64,000 bases of DNA. It comes from Candidatus Bathyarchaeia archaeon (GTDB lineage Archaea; Thermoproteota; Bathyarchaeia; Bathyarchaeales; Bathycorpusculaceae). Location of the stretch: positions 1 through 64,000 of the forward strand of contig JAVZNC010000006.1 of the NCBI GenBank assembly GCA_038882955.1, read 5' to 3'. The notes below the pieces were generated by a model. The model had not been told where the DNA came from, did not search any database, and was given only the letters and a program-made list of their open reading frames with translations. Position numbers and translations under genes: made by a program. Below, one piece after another: positions 20,774 to 30,940 of the stretch; the stretch's first letter is position 1; each line of letters starts with the position of its first letter.

Positions 20774-21473
20774 TCCACCCCAAAAGCACAAGTGTTAAAA
20801 CACTAAAGGCTGGAACTGTCAAGTTGTCAAAACCCAGCGGTGAAACGCCTTCAACAACAGTCGCAACCAAAGCTACAACACCAGCGCTAAAAAGTTTATC
20901 AAAGAAGTAAAAATTATAAAGCGTTGAAAAAAAGGCTAGGCTTAGAGCGTAACTGGAAAAACTGAAAATGAACATTGCAGCCGAACCCTCAACGCTTTTA
21001 TTCGCAAAAAGCCTAAACTTCTTCTTGCCATACTTTTCGCCGATAATTGAGGCGAAGGCGTCGCCGTAAGCCATTGGCAAGATGCCAGCAGCCATGACGT
21101 AGGGCTTTGAAGCGAAGAAAAAAGCTAGGACAGTGTAGGAGATTGCGTAAAAAACAAGTCCTAGACTGTGTCCCTCTTCTGTTATGCCCACAAGTCCCCT
21201 CATTTTTTCGCCTGCAGACTTGAGTGGAGAATATGGCGAAGCCAAAAACGTCACGAGTATAAAGGGCGCTGCAACAAGTGTCGGATAAATGTTTGATGTG
21301 AAAAGCGGAATTATGAAGGGCAAGTTTCCAATCATTATGTGTAGAAACTTTCGGGAAGCCTTACGTGATACATGCAAGAAATCATTCAGTTTGCTGGAGA
21401 TTGCGATTACAAGCACAATGTAAGCGTAGCAAACTGCCATCAGAAGGATGTTCCACAAAACTTCATCAAACAT
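20766..21473 (-). CDS. Phytol/dolichol kinase-like membrane protein
   Basis: RKFLHI, YGDAFASIIG and KSVEGS...DNL; start placed at MFDEV. Confidence 0.82.
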   Translation of the reverse strand: MFDEVLWNILLMAVCYAYIVLVIAISSKLNDFLHVSRKASRKFLHIMIGNLPFIIPLFTSNIYPTLVAAPFILVTFLASPYSPLKSAGEKMRGLVGITEEGHSLGLVFYAISYTVLAFFFASKPYVMAAGILPMAYGDAFASIIGEKYGKKKFRLFANKSVEGSAAMFIFSFSSYALSLAFFSTLYNFYFFDKLFSAGVVALVATVVEGVSPLGFDNLTVPAFSVLTLVLLGWNA

Positions 21474-21477
21474 CAGC

Positions 21478-22329
21478 TCACCCCAAAGCGCCAACAAGAA
21501 AAGCCAAAAGTCCAACAATAAACCACAGAAGAACGGCGTTCTTGATTTTCCTCGCGTTTTCTCGAGAGTAATCCCGCAGAAGCATGGCTGAAGATGCCAA
21601 AAGCCCAAGGTCAGTAACAGCCACAAGAGGGATAAACCAGAAAGAAACTTTCATCAAAAGCGGAGGCAACGGGCTTAAAGCAACAGCAGAAACATAGAAT
21701 AGGGAAGCAGCCAACGCCGCCTTTCTCGCGCCATGACGCACAGCCAAAGTTTTAACGCCCCTAGCTTCGTCTCCTTGAACATCAACAATTCCCTTTGTTA
21801 TTTCTCTGCCAGTATTTGACAAGAAAACCATGAAAACGAAGATCAAGACATTCGGCATAATCTCGCCGACAAAAGCCAAACTTCCATAAATGAACGGGAT
21901 CACCACACAAGCACTGACAAGGAAGTTGCCTGGCAATCCGCTTCGTTTGCCAATTGTAGTGTATACTGTAAAAATTGTCCACGCCAACAAGGCTGTGAAA
22001 AGGCAAGCGTAATTTGTCAAGTAAGCAGACGCAAAACCAATAATTGTTAAAACAGATGCGAAGATTAACGCCTCTTTTGGTTTTACTGTACCGCTTGGAA
22101 TTGGTCGGTTCGGCTCGTTTACTGCGTCAATCTCCCTATCATAATAGTCATTTATAGCCATTGAAGCTGCAGTCAACATGAAACCAGTAACAAAGCCATA
22201 GATGAGGACTTGCCATTTCACGCCTAAAACATTCGGGTTTGCAAGGGCAGCGCCAACAATCACAGCGAAGCCCATCATTAGGCAGTTGACTGGACGCATC
22301 AAACGCAAATAGCCGCCAATTTTCTTCAT
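21478..22329 (-). CDS. UbiA-family prenyltransferase, probable DGGGP synthase
   Basis: RPVN, NDYYDREIDAVNEPNRPIPSG and REITKGIVDVQGD. Confidence 0.88.
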   Translation of the reverse strand: MKKIGGYLRLMRPVNCLMMGFAVIVGAALANPNVLGVKWQVLIYGFVTGFMLTAASMAINDYYDREIDAVNEPNRPIPSGTVKPKEALIFASVLTIIGFASAYLTNYACLFTALLAWTIFTVYTTIGKRSGLPGNFLVSACVVIPFIYGSLAFVGEIMPNVLIFVFMVFLSNTGREITKGIVDVQGDEARGVKTLAVRHGARKAALAASLFYVSAVALSPLPPLLMKVSFWFIPLVAVTDLGLLASSAMLLRDYSRENARKIKNAVLLWFIVGLLAFLVGALG

Positions 22330-22451
22330 TGCACCAAGCCTTTGCATAACCATAAACCAGCATCAAAGTTATAAAATTCACTTTTCGACTAGAAAGTTTA
22401 ATTACGTTTAATGGTTTATCCATTAGTAAAAAGTTTGTAGGGTGCAAACTT

Positions 22452-23723
22452 TTGAATGACAATTACGCTTCAGAAAGGCTCCGAGTGATAATTCCAGTCG
22501 GCGGAAAAGCGAAGCGCTTGTTACCGTTAACCGCAGAAACAAGCAAGGCGTGTTTGCGCATCCTGAACAGACCGTTAATAGAATTTTCGCTGTTGTCTCT
22601 TGCGCGTCAAGGCATAAGAAACTTCATTTTCGGAGTGAAAGGCTACACAAACTATAGGGACTTACACGACTATTTCGAGTCTGGTTACGGGTTTTCCGCA
22701 AAATACGGAATAAAGCCACGCGTCCACATAAAATATCAGCCAAACGTGGAAGACTATGGCAGCGCAGACTCCGCTAGGATAAACATGGAATACTACAACG
22801 TTAGAGACCCAGTTTTTGCGGTTCAAGGTGACAACATTTTTGATGTAGACCTAAAAGAACTTGTGGAGTTCCACGAGAAAAAAGAAGCCATGATGACGAT
22901 AGCACTGAGAGAAGTTGAAGATGTTGAAGGCTACGGAATAGCAGACATAAACAAGGACATGCGCATTTCACGTTTCGTGGAAAAGCCAACGCCGAAGGAG
23001 GCGCCTTCGAACTTGGCGAACACGGGCTTGTACATGGTTTCGCCGGAAATAAGGAAAATATTCAAGGAGAAAGGCGTCAAACAAATAATCAAGGAGAAGA
23101 AGCGTCTAGACTTTGGCTACGATTTCATTCCATACATAATAAAGACGGGTAGACCAGTTTACGGTTACACGCTCAAAGGATGCTGGTACGACGTTGGTAC
23201 GCCAAAACGCTATTTGGAAGCAATGCAAGACATGCTTAATGGACGCTTTTCCTCACTTAGGGATTTTGGCGGAAGAATAGATGAAGAAGCAAAAGTTTGG
23301 GTTCAAGGCGAAAGCGTGGAATCGCAAAGGCGACGTAAAGAAATCATAAGGAAGATTAAGCAAGGAAAAATTGAAGTTGAAGGTGCTGTTCTAATTGGGA
23401 GACACTGCCAAATAAGCGATGGCACAAGAATAGTGAACTCGTGCATCGATAATTACACGAAAGTTGGAAGGAACGTTGTAATCGAGAATTCTGCTGTTAT
23501 GGACCGAGCCATAATCGGAGAAAAGGCGGAAATAAGAGAAAGCATAATCGGCAGACACGTAACCGTGCGCTCAAGCTCAAGAAAACAAACGAAGATAGAC
23601 GCTGTGTCGGTTGTTGCCGATGATGTTGTAATAGCTGAAGGATGCATACTTTCATCAACTAAAATTTATCCACACCAGTATGTTAGGGGAGAGTTCTTCA
23701 ACCAAACTCTTATGCCGGGATGA
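22452..23723 (+). CDS. Sugar-phosphate nucleotidyltransferase with left-handed beta-helix tail
   Basis: GGKAKRLLPLT, QGDN, FVEKP, WYDVGTP and hexapeptide-like C-terminus. Confidence 0.88.
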   Translation: MNDNYASERLRVIIPVGGKAKRLLPLTAETSKACLRILNRPLIEFSLLSLARQGIRNFIFGVKGYTNYRDLHDYFESGYGFSAKYGIKPRVHIKYQPNVEDYGSADSARINMEYYNVRDPVFAVQGDNIFDVDLKELVEFHEKKEAMMTIALREVEDVEGYGIADINKDMRISRFVEKPTPKEAPSNLANTGLYMVSPEIRKIFKEKGVKQIIKEKKRLDFGYDFIPYIIKTGRPVYGYTLKGCWYDVGTPKRYLEAMQDMLNGRFSSLRDFGGRIDEEAKVWVQGESVESQRRRKEIIRKIKQGKIEVEGAVLIGRHCQISDGTRIVNSCIDNYTKVGRNVVIENSAVMDRAIIGEKAEIRESIIGRHVTVRSSSRKQTKIDAVSVVADDVVIAEGCILSSTKIYPHQYVRGEFFNQTLMPG

Positions 23724-24199
23724 AAATGAAGGCGAATTTAGCGGAGATTAGAGGGAAAACTGTCACAGTAAGCGATTACATAGAAAAGCTTGAAGGCGAT
23801 TTTCGGGAGAGATTCCTAACAAGAAAGACGAATTATCAACTCAAACAAGGAGTTGTGGATAAGCTTAGACAGTTTGCGAAGAAGTATTTTGTGGTTGCAT
23901 TTTCGGCAGAGTGGTGTAAGGACTGTGCAGCAAACATTCCAGTGTTAGCCCTGATATCTGAAGCAACAGGCTTGGAAGTTAGAATTTTCGGTGGTTTGAA
24001 GAAAGACCCGCTGAGCGGAACCAAGAAGTGGCGTGTTCCACCTTCACCGCCAGAAGTTGAAACATTCGGCGTCGACAAAATCCCCTTAATAATAGTGTTC
24101 AACACGGAAGGAAATGAGGTTGGAAGAGTTGTTGAAAACCCGAAAGAGCCAACGTTGGAGGAAGAACTGCTCAAGGTGATTTTAGGCAGTACATGGTAG
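23720..24199 (+). CDS. Thioredoxin-family protein
   Basis: WCKDC motif; cis-Pro loop KIP. Confidence 0.85.
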   Translation: MKMKANLAEIRGKTVTVSDYIEKLEGDFRERFLTRKTNYQLKQGVVDKLRQFAKKYFVVAFSAEWCKDCAANIPVLALISEATGLEVRIFGGLKKDPLSGTKKWRVPPSPPEVETFGVDKIPLIIVFNTEGNEVGRVVENPKEPTLEEELLKVILGSTW

Positions 24200-24201
24200 G
24201 T

Positions 24202-24759
24202 TTACGCCTTAAACCACTTGAAAATTAGATAGCGCACTTTTCCCCTTTCAAGGTCTGGCACGGCAATTATAAACCTCTTGCGGACTGTTGTTGCGAGTCT
24301 TCCAGCCTTGACTATTTCTGTGGCGGTTATTTCGGATTTGGCGCTTTTAACAGAAACCATGTAGGGCGCGTGTTCAATGCCTGGTCCATGCTTATAAACT
24401 GCGAAGTCGCATCCAAACTTTATTCCAGGAGTAACGACAAGCCCGCTGTCGCGAAGGTCGCGGTAAACAATGTACTTTTCATCAAACTCCCCATATAGGC
24501 GTCGGGCTCTTTGCCTCAAAGTTTTGAGGTTAACTTTTCGCTTTTCTTCGCCCTCATAAATTTTTATAATCTTTTTCTCGGCTAAGTATACGCCTTCCAT
24601 TAGGTCTAAGATTAGCGGCACCTTGAATTCTGGAACCTTTGGCTTTGGTATGCCAACTGGTTTCCCGTAAAACCCCATTTTGTAGAGTTCAGACCCTTCC
24701 GTGGGATTCCATACAACAAGGAAGTTTTCGATGAACTCCACTTCTATCTTTTTTGGCAT
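24202..24759 (-). CDS. endA: tRNA-splicing endonuclease, catalytic subunit
   Basis: VYRDLRDSG..V.PGIKFGCDFAVY..GP..EHAPY...RLATTVRK (Tyr-His-Lys triad). Confidence 0.93.
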   Translation of the reverse strand: MPKKIEVEFIENFLVVWNPTEGSELYKMGFYGKPVGIPKPKVPEFKVPLILDLMEGVYLAEKKIIKIYEGEEKRKVNLKTLRQRARRLYGEFDEKYIVYRDLRDSGLVVTPGIKFGCDFAVYKHGPGIEHAPYMVSVKSAKSEITATEIVKAGRLATTVRKRFIIAVPDLERGKVRYLIFKWFKA

Positions 24760-24778
24760 TTCGGTTTGTCGCCTTTTC

Positions 24779-25438
24779 TCACATGATAAAGGATAGAATT
24801 CGCGCTGCGTCAGCGGCATCCTCAGCTTTGTCAGCGGCATCCTCCAGAAGCTGCAAAATATCCCTAAGCAATATTAACGCTGGAAACTCGAGTTTACTGT
24901 TTAAGAGTTTAATTTCAAGTTCCCGATAAAGTTCGTCAACAGTTCGTTCTGCAATTTCAACGTCCTTGGCTTTTTCCATAGCCTTGGAAGACCCGTACGT
25001 TAAGACCATGGTTGTTTCCCTAAGCTTAATCACAGCGTCCAAAACAGCTTCTGAAAGCTTTAACAAGTCTTTCTTGATTTCCGATGGAACGTTCCACCCG
25101 TGCTCCATTATTTCGACAAGGCGGAAGGCAATTCCCTCAGAGAAGTCGGCAATTTCGCTTGTCAAATTTGTAAACCTTAGGAAGTCCTCTCGGCTTATGA
25201 GAATTGCTCCTATTTCGGCAAGCTCTTGCGAAACGAGACGCCTTGCATCGTCAACTTCATCCTCATTTTTCCTGATTTCTATGAAAAGCTTTTTTGCCCT
25301 TTCCCTATCATTTTTTATGAAGCAGTCCATTATCTGCGGGACTTTTCTGGCAACTTCTAAGACCTTTCTGAGGTGTTCTTGGCAAGTGTTTAGAGCCCTT
25401 CGTTTTACACGCTCTTCGGTTTCCGCTGGTAGCATCAA
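24779..25438 (-). CDS. DUF47 / PhoU-like phosphate transport regulator
   Basis: Helical; E.E.D..RR, REDFLR and EDAADKAEDAAD motifs. Confidence 0.8.
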   Translation of the reverse strand: MMLPAETEERVKRRALNTCQEHLRKVLEVARKVPQIMDCFIKNDRERAKKLFIEIRKNEDEVDDARRLVSQELAEIGAILISREDFLRFTNLTSEIADFSEGIAFRLVEIMEHGWNVPSEIKKDLLKLSEAVLDAVIKLRETTMVLTYGSSKAMEKAKDVEIAERTVDELYRELEIKLLNSKLEFPALILLRDILQLLEDAADKAEDAADAARILSFIM

Positions 25439-25513
25439 GCTTTCCCGCCCAACAATTTATAGGAGTTTCCTCAACATATGATGTGCTTAAGTGTTAAAAA
25501 AGCTAGCGTCGAC

Positions 25514-27277
25514 TTACGATTCTAGAGGCTTGCCTAAATCCTCAAAATTTATTTTCCACCTAAAATATTCATGCAAAAGTTTGGGCAAATTCCTGATTGC
25601 TGTTCTGACTTGTTTCCAAGTGTCTCTGTCGCGAATTGTAACAGTGTCTTCTTTTAGCGTTTCATAATCAACAGTTATGCCCAATGGTATGCCAACTTCG
25701 TCGGCGCGTGCATACCGTCTACCAATAGAACCTGCATCATCATATTCCGCGGTGAAGCCCTCGTCCACCAAAAATTTATGCAGCTCCAACGCCTTTTCGG
25801 GTATTCCATCCTTGTTGACTAGTGGATAAACGCCAAGCTGTATTGGCGTTATGTCTCTTGGAAAACTTAAAATTGTTCTATCATCCTTCACGCAATAAGC
25901 GTATTCAAGTGTCACGTAAAAAAGCCTATCCGAGCCGAAACTTGGTTCAACAACGTGCGGAATAAAGCGTTTCCCACGTTCAACAACTTTTTGGCGAACT
26001 ATTTCCACATGTTCAGGCAGAATCTTGTATTTTCCGATGTCGTAGTAGCCGTTTTTGCTTAATGCTGCCTCAACCTCTCTTGGGTCGGCTTTTGAAAGCA
26101 TTTCCAAAACCTTTGCAGTTTCATCTTTGTAGATTGGTCCAAGCTTCGCCACCAACGGTTTTATTATAAGCTGCTCTTTCTCTACTGGTTTTTCATATTC
26201 CTTGTAGATGCGCATGTCTTCGCCACTGAATTCCATGTGCCTCTTCAAATCATAATCCGTTCTATAAGCGTGCCCAGAAACTTCAACCCATCCCCAACGT
26301 TCAACGTAGACTTGCTGGTCGAAACTTTGAAGCGAGTAGTGGGCTCTTTCCCATGGAAGCTTCTCTATGAAACGTTGCTTTTCTTCTGGAACACCCAAAT
26401 CGCATAGAAGCCTCTTCGCGTAAGCCATGAAAACTGCTTGCCACTCCGCTTTAATGTAGCTTTTAGCCAACGCATCCTTTACGGCTAATTCTGTTATTTG
26501 CTCCGAGCCCTTCAGTTTGTGTTCGGCCAAGACCAGTCTTAACTTTTCATTTTCTACTTCCTTTAGCAAGTGGCAGTTTGGCTCTTCTGGATCGAAGAAG
26601 AACTCCAAATCGGCTATTGTGAACTCTCTCAGCCTTATTAGGCTCTGTCTTGGTGATATCTCGTTCCGCAACGCATGACCAATCTGCAAAACGCCGAATG
26701 GAATTTTCTCCCTAGCCATCTCGTAGAGGCGTTTAAATTCTACGAATATTCCCTGTGCTGCTTCTGGTCTGCCATAACCCACGGTTTCAGAGTACGGACC
26801 TATAGTGGTTTGGAACATCGTTAGAAAATGTTTTGGCTCGCCCAGTTCTCCATTACATTCTGGACATCGAACGTTATTCTTTTCAATAGCCGCTTGTATC
26901 TCCTTTAAGCTCATTTTCTCCGTTTCAGTTTCACCCATCCCAGCGAACTCTTGAAGCAAATGGTCGGCGCGAAATTTTTTCTTGCATTTTAAACATTCAA
27001 CCATCGGCTCTTTGAAGTGCTCAACATGTCCAGAAGCCTCGAAAACCTCGCTTGGAGCAATTATTGGAGACTCGATTTCCAAAACTCCAAGCTTATTCAC
27101 AAAGAGTTCCCGAAGTTTCTTCTCAATGTTCTGTTTGAGCTTTGCCCCAATCGGCCCGTAGGTTGCGAAACCTCCAACTCCACCATATATTTCATAAGAT
27201 TGCCAGAAAAAGCCTCTTCTACGTGCTAGCTCGCTGATCAAAGTGAATTTGTCTTGCCGTTTTATCTCATTTGCCAA
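25514..27277 (-). CDS. glyS: Glycine--tRNA ligase (archaeal/eukaryal type)
   Basis: RRGFF, RPEAAQGIF, RNEISPRQ, VEPSFGSDR and SIGRRYARADE. Confidence 0.96.
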   Translation of the reverse strand: MANEIKRQDKFTLISELARRRGFFWQSYEIYGGVGGFATYGPIGAKLKQNIEKKLRELFVNKLGVLEIESPIIAPSEVFEASGHVEHFKEPMVECLKCKKKFRADHLLQEFAGMGETETEKMSLKEIQAAIEKNNVRCPECNGELGEPKHFLTMFQTTIGPYSETVGYGRPEAAQGIFVEFKRLYEMAREKIPFGVLQIGHALRNEISPRQSLIRLREFTIADLEFFFDPEEPNCHLLKEVENEKLRLVLAEHKLKGSEQITELAVKDALAKSYIKAEWQAVFMAYAKRLLCDLGVPEEKQRFIEKLPWERAHYSLQSFDQQVYVERWGWVEVSGHAYRTDYDLKRHMEFSGEDMRIYKEYEKPVEKEQLIIKPLVAKLGPIYKDETAKVLEMLSKADPREVEAALSKNGYYDIGKYKILPEHVEIVRQKVVERGKRFIPHVVEPSFGSDRLFYVTLEYAYCVKDDRTILSFPRDITPIQLGVYPLVNKDGIPEKALELHKFLVDEGFTAEYDDAGSIGRRYARADEVGIPLGITVDYETLKEDTVTIRDRDTWKQVRTAIRNLPKLLHEYFRWKINFEDLGKPLES

Positions 27278-27332
27278 TTCAGTTCAGCCTCTCTAAGCTC
27301 TTTAAGCCTAAGCCTTACCCACAGCATAAGTG

Positions 27333-27584
27333 TTATTCTAGCTTTAAATGTTCAGCTATTTTCGCTTTCCTCATTTTGCCATTTTCGTCGACTTGAAACT
27401 CAAGCATAACTCTATCCGTTGCATTCTTTTTGCTGTTAAATTCTGCTCCGCAGCATCCACACTCAATGTCAGACTCCATTTCAACAATGTACCATGAAGC
27501 ATCAACATAAAAGCGTCCACAATTTGGACAACGCAAAACAGCCACGTCCAAGTAGGCTTTCATTTCTAACATCCCCTTATGCAT
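27333..27584 (-). CDS. Small zinc-ribbon protein
   Basis: CPNC ... CGCC in about 76-83 aa; upstream of glyS. Confidence 0.65.
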   Translation of the reverse strand: MHKGMLEMKAYLDVAVLRCPNCGRFYVDASWYIVEMESDIECGCCGAEFNSKKNATDRVMLEFQVDENGKMRKAKIAEHLKLE

Positions 27585-27777
27585 TAAAGAGCAAAATTAA
27601 TAGTAAAGTTTTAGTTTGAACCGAATTACGCTGCTATTTTTAGCTAAACGTGATGGGCGCCAAGTTATAATACATGTGCCTATTGAAAAACTAGCACTCC
27701 AGCCATTTCAATCTTAACCTTGAGCCGTGTTGAAGCATAGTGTTTTATAAAGCGGTCGTGAAATATGAAATGCAAGT

Positions 27778-28854
27778 TTGGAGGCGTCAAAATTGTCGAA
27801 GATAAAAGTGGCCATAGTGGGTGTTGGAAACTGTGCATCCGCTTTAATTCAGGGCTTAAGATATTATTGCAACTGTGAAAGAGCGGAAGAAAGCCTGGGA
27901 TTGCGCCACCTTTTTTTGGGAGGCTTTCATCCTAGAGACATACAAGTTGTTGCGGCATTCGACATAGACAGCCGAAAAGTTGGAACAGACTTGGCTCAGG
28001 CAATATTTGCGCATCCAAATAACGCTCCAAAAATACTTGATGTTCCACTGACGGGCATAATGGTGCAAAAGGGTCCAGTTTTGGATGGAGTTGGCGAATA
28101 CACAAAGAAAGTGATTCAAATAAGCAGTCAGCCAGAAGCAAATGTTAAAAGGGCTCTTGAAGAAAGCGGTGCCGAGGTTCTGTTAAACTTGCTTCCGAGC
28201 GGAGCCTTTAAAGCCTCGCAGTGGTATGCTGAGCAAGCATTAAGCGCCGGATGCGCCTTCATCAACGCAACACCAGTCTTTATAGCAAGCGACAAAGCGT
28301 GGGCTGGAAAGTTTGAGAATGCTGGACTTCCAGTTGTGGGTGACGATTTAGTCGACCAAGTTGGAGCGACAACTTTGCATAAGACTCTGTTGAGGCTCTT
28401 ATCAATGCATGGTGTTCGCATAACTGAAACTTATCAACTTGATGTTGGCGGAGGAACAGAATCATTGGATACTTTGGAGCGTACAAGAGAGGTTAAGCGC
28501 ACTGTTAAAACGCGTTCTGTTGAGGCTGCCTTGCCATATAAGGCAGAGGTTGTTGCCGGTTCAATGGACTATGTTGATTTTCTAGACAACAGAAGGGACA
28601 GTTACTTCTGGATTAGGGGTGTGTACTTCTGCGGCACGCCCATGCAAATAGACTTAAAACTTTCAACGATTGACGCGCCCAACGCTGGTTCGGTTCTCTT
28701 CGACGTAATAAGAGCTGTGAAAATCTCCCTAGAGAGGGGAGTAAAAGGGGCTGTGCTGCCGGTTTGCGCCTATGCCTTCAAAAATCCGCCTAAACTCCTG
28801 CCAATCGAAGAAGCTGAAAAAATGTTTTACGATTTTGTCTCTGGAAACATTTAG
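27778..28854 (+). CDS. ino1: myo-inositol-1-phosphate synthase
   Basis: VAIVGVGNCASAL, VAAFDID and GDD..Q.GAT..H. Confidence 0.88.
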   Translation: MEASKLSKIKVAIVGVGNCASALIQGLRYYCNCERAEESLGLRHLFLGGFHPRDIQVVAAFDIDSRKVGTDLAQAIFAHPNNAPKILDVPLTGIMVQKGPVLDGVGEYTKKVIQISSQPEANVKRALEESGAEVLLNLLPSGAFKASQWYAEQALSAGCAFINATPVFIASDKAWAGKFENAGLPVVGDDLVDQVGATTLHKTLLRLLSMHGVRITETYQLDVGGGTESLDTLERTREVKRTVKTRSVEAALPYKAEVVAGSMDYVDFLDNRRDSYFWIRGVYFCGTPMQIDLKLSTIDAPNAGSVLFDVIRAVKISLERGVKGAVLPVCAYAFKNPPKLLPIEEAEKMFYDFVSGNI

Positions 28855-29969
28855 CTATTAGTATTTACAAGTTTCTGCAGTTCACTTATCACTTTTTCTT
28901 TAACGCCAACGCTCTTCATTTTTTCCTTCAAAAATGCTATAGTTTTGACTGGCGTTGGGTCTAAACCGCGAAGTATGGCTAAGTAAACTGACACGAAGTC
29001 GCCTACGCAGATGGCGGATAGCATCCTAGCCAAAACGCTTTTGCCGACGCCGTGCATCTCAAAAGTTTTGACAGATGCCCTGCTCATCAGTTCTTGTGTG
29101 GTTATAATTCTTTCGCGTATGGCTTCTGGTTCATAGGCGTCTCTGAGGAAAATAACTGAGAAAAGCTTTGCAAGTTCAAGTGCGGATTCCCAGCCGACAA
29201 TTTCGTTATGGTTAAGTTCTGGGAAAGTTTCCCATTTTGACGGAATCTTGCTGTTTTCGTTAAATTGTTGTTTAAGGCGTTGGGCAACTGCACGGTAGAT
29301 GCCAAAGCCGTAAATTACTGGAACTGTTCCGCAAATGTCTAAGGCGAGTTTCTTGGAAAAGTTCTCTTTTAAAGGCTTGTCTGGAGCATTTGCAGCGCCT
29401 ATGTCCTTCAACAAACTCAGGGTTTCCGAAATTTCAGAGTAGACTCCAGAAACCAAGTCAATCTTCTCCATAAGTATCGGTAAGGGTATGAACAAGTAGG
29501 GAAGCGCTGCCCTCGGGGCGATGCCAGAAGGAACAGTTAAATGTGGCACTTCCATTTTTTCCGCGAATTTTTGCAGAGTGCCGCCAGAGCTTATGCATAC
29601 AGTCATACACTTCTTTTTGATGGCGTCCAAGTAGGCGCTTAGCGACTCTTCTGTTTCTCCAGAATAGCTAATGACAAAGACAAGTGTTTTGCGGCTTGCA
29701 TATGCTGGTAGGAAATATTCGCGGCAAACTTCGATTGGAACAGCGATTTTCTCCCTAGCCCAGTCCTTCAGCAGTTCGCCGCCTATGGCGGAGCCACCCA
29801 TACCAGCAACAATTATCGTTTCAGGTTTTGGATAGCTTAACTTCATGTTCTTCGCTAGTTTTGCTGCTTCTGTACAGTGCTTTGCGAAGTTAACGCAGAA
29901 GGAAAGCATATCTTTTTTGTCAATTTTCCTAATCTCGTTTGGGTCGTCAAGAACGGTGGTTCTTGTCAA
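28851..29969 (-). CDS. Bifunctional phosphoglucose/phosphomannose isomerase
   Basis: GMGGSAIGG, SYSGETEE, NENSK and PELNHNE. Confidence 0.92.
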   Translation of the reverse strand: MTRTTVLDDPNEIRKIDKKDMLSFCVNFAKHCTEAAKLAKNMKLSYPKPETIIVAGMGGSAIGGELLKDWAREKIAVPIEVCREYFLPAYASRKTLVFVISYSGETEESLSAYLDAIKKKCMTVCISSGGTLQKFAEKMEVPHLTVPSGIAPRAALPYLFIPLPILMEKIDLVSGVYSEISETLSLLKDIGAANAPDKPLKENFSKKLALDICGTVPVIYGFGIYRAVAQRLKQQFNENSKIPSKWETFPELNHNEIVGWESALELAKLFSVIFLRDAYEPEAIRERIITTQELMSRASVKTFEMHGVGKSVLARMLSAICVGDFVSVYLAILRGLDPTPVKTIAFLKEKMKSVGVKEKVISELQKLVNTNS

Positions 29970-30078
29970 TTTGTTTCACCCTTTAAACTTCGCTGCATAA
30001 CCTATTATGTTTTAGGCTATTTATCAAATCTTTTAAGCAAAATCAACCAATTATCATATTTCATTAGGAGAGCAAGCT

Positions 30079-30936
30079 TTGAAGAAAAAATTTTCCATAG
30101 CTATACCAGCATCCGTTGTTTCCGACACTCCGCATTTACGCGAAAAAACAGCAAAGGTGGGATTAATTGGAAGGGCAGCAGCAATCTTTAGGGTTGACGA
30201 AATCATAATTTACATGGACAATCCGAATGTTAGACAAGCGGCAGACATGGACTTGGTTGCCACTCTGCTCGCTTATATGGAAACTCCGCAGTACTTGAGA
30301 AAACGGCTTTTCAAGCTGAAGCCGCAATTGAAGTATGCTGGAGTGTTGCCGCCGCTTAGAACGCCACATCATCCGTTGAACCGCAGAATAAGGGACTTGA
30401 GGGTTGGCGAATACCGTGAAGGCGTAACAGTGTCAAGCGACAAGGACGGTACAAGAGTTGACATCGGCGTGGAGAAGACAGCGCTAATTCCTAATAGGCA
30501 AATAGCCAAAAACCAACGCCTAACAGTCAAAGTTACGAGGATTGATGGGCAAGTTGAAGTAGCCGTTGCAAGTCGCGAAGAGATACCCTGTTATTGGGGT
30601 TACGATGTTGTTGCTGAAAGGAAAACTCTTGGAAAACTGTTGAAAGAAAAAGATTTCGACTTGATAATTGCAACCTCAAAATATGGTGTCCCATTTTCAG
30701 ACACCGCTGAGGATATGGGCAGACGATGGGAAAAAGCCGAAAGCATGCTGTTGATTTTTGGAGCCCCAACGCAAGGACTGTACGAAATAGCGAGGTTGGA
30801 GGGACTCGCCCTAGACGACATTGTGGATTTTGTTGTTAATACAATTCCTATGCAAGGAACGGAAACCGTCAGAACAGAGGAGGCGATAATGGCTACTTTG
30901 GCGATTTTTAACATCACATTCGCTTCTAAGGTTTAA
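30079..30936 (+). CDS. SPOUT RNA methyltransferase (DUF171/SPOUT1-like)
   Basis: IGRAAAIFRVDEI, ETPQYLRK, LPPLRTPHH and QGTETVRTEEA. Confidence 0.92.
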   Translation: MKKKFSIAIPASVVSDTPHLREKTAKVGLIGRAAAIFRVDEIIIYMDNPNVRQAADMDLVATLLAYMETPQYLRKRLFKLKPQLKYAGVLPPLRTPHHPLNRRIRDLRVGEYREGVTVSSDKDGTRVDIGVEKTALIPNRQIAKNQRLTVKVTRIDGQVEVAVASREEIPCYWGYDVVAERKTLGKLLKEKDFDLIIATSKYGVPFSDTAEDMGRRWEKAESMLLIFGAPTQGLYEIARLEGLALDDIVDFVVNTIPMQGTETVRTEEAIMATLAIFNITFASKV

Positions 30937-30940
30937 ATGT

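Noticed and set aside
24810-24845. Direct repeat GTCAGCGGCATCCTC
   Set aside because: It encodes the EDAAD-KA-EDAAD protein motif of the DUF47 gene.
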